Shown here: positions 63,752 to 64,000 of the stretch, one piece after another | Layout of the letters: each line of letters starts with the position of its first letter | How positions within the stretch are numbered: position 1 is the stretch's first letter | Assembly (NCBI GenBank): GCA_013265495.1 | Contig: MU061538.1 | Span: forward strand, 808,001-872,000 | Direction of reading: 5' to 3' | DNA: 64,000 nucleotides | Source: Vicugna vicugna | Taxonomy: Eukaryota | Translations under genes and position numbers: made by a program | The notes under the pieces: model-generated | Seen by the model: the letters and a program-made list of their open reading frames with translations, nothing else | What the model was told of the DNA's origin: nothing | Databases searched by the model: none

Positions 63752-64000
63752 CTGTGGGGACCAGACACCCCGCTCAGCACTGCCTTCGGCTCCAGCACAA
63801 ACATTTAACTCATCTCAGTCACACTGAATCAGCGTTTCACGTTCAGTTAGGCCCCCTGCTCTGACTCAGGTTCTTTACAGGAGACCTTTTCACACTTTCT
63901 CTCTGTGCTGCTGCCCTGTCACGCTTTTACTCTGTAATTACTTTTCCTAAATACGCCCCAAGAAATCTCTCCTTGCTCTGTTCAGTGACTGACAGCGTCT

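Noticed and set aside
1..64000. Hundreds of 60-250 aa ORFs in the ORF track
   Set aside because: Pro/Gly/Arg/Ala-rich, overlapping on both strands, often with non-ATG starts and no recognisable domains; expected by chance in GC-rich mammalian DNA

Overview
Mammalian genomic DNA, GC/CpG-rich, most likely a camelid: six copies of a tRNA-derived SINE resemble the Tylopoda Vic-1 family. The minus strand carries the last nine coding exons of UBE3C (HECT E3 ubiquitin ligase). I spliced them by hand into an intact 445-aa C-terminus with the full HECT domain, catalytic Cys and TGA stop at 24126-24128. A ~1.3-1.6 kb 3'UTR follows. Positions 1-22.5 kb are intergenic and hold an RPL18 processed pseudogene, a nested cluster of ERV solo LTRs and other old repeats. 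The introns hold a near full-length Tigger2-like transposon, L1 fragments (one young insertion with a perfect TSD spanning a 308-N gap) and several AT-rich, homeodomain-motif-dense islands that look like constrained enhancers. Most short ORFs in the supplied track are chance GC-rich ORFs. I see no convincing novel biological system. The best leads are regulatory: candidate enhancers, divergent CTCF motifs, alternative polyadenylation and a possible poison exon. Repeat family names come from recall of consensus sequences, and repeat boundaries are approximate unless TSDs/TIRs are quoted.
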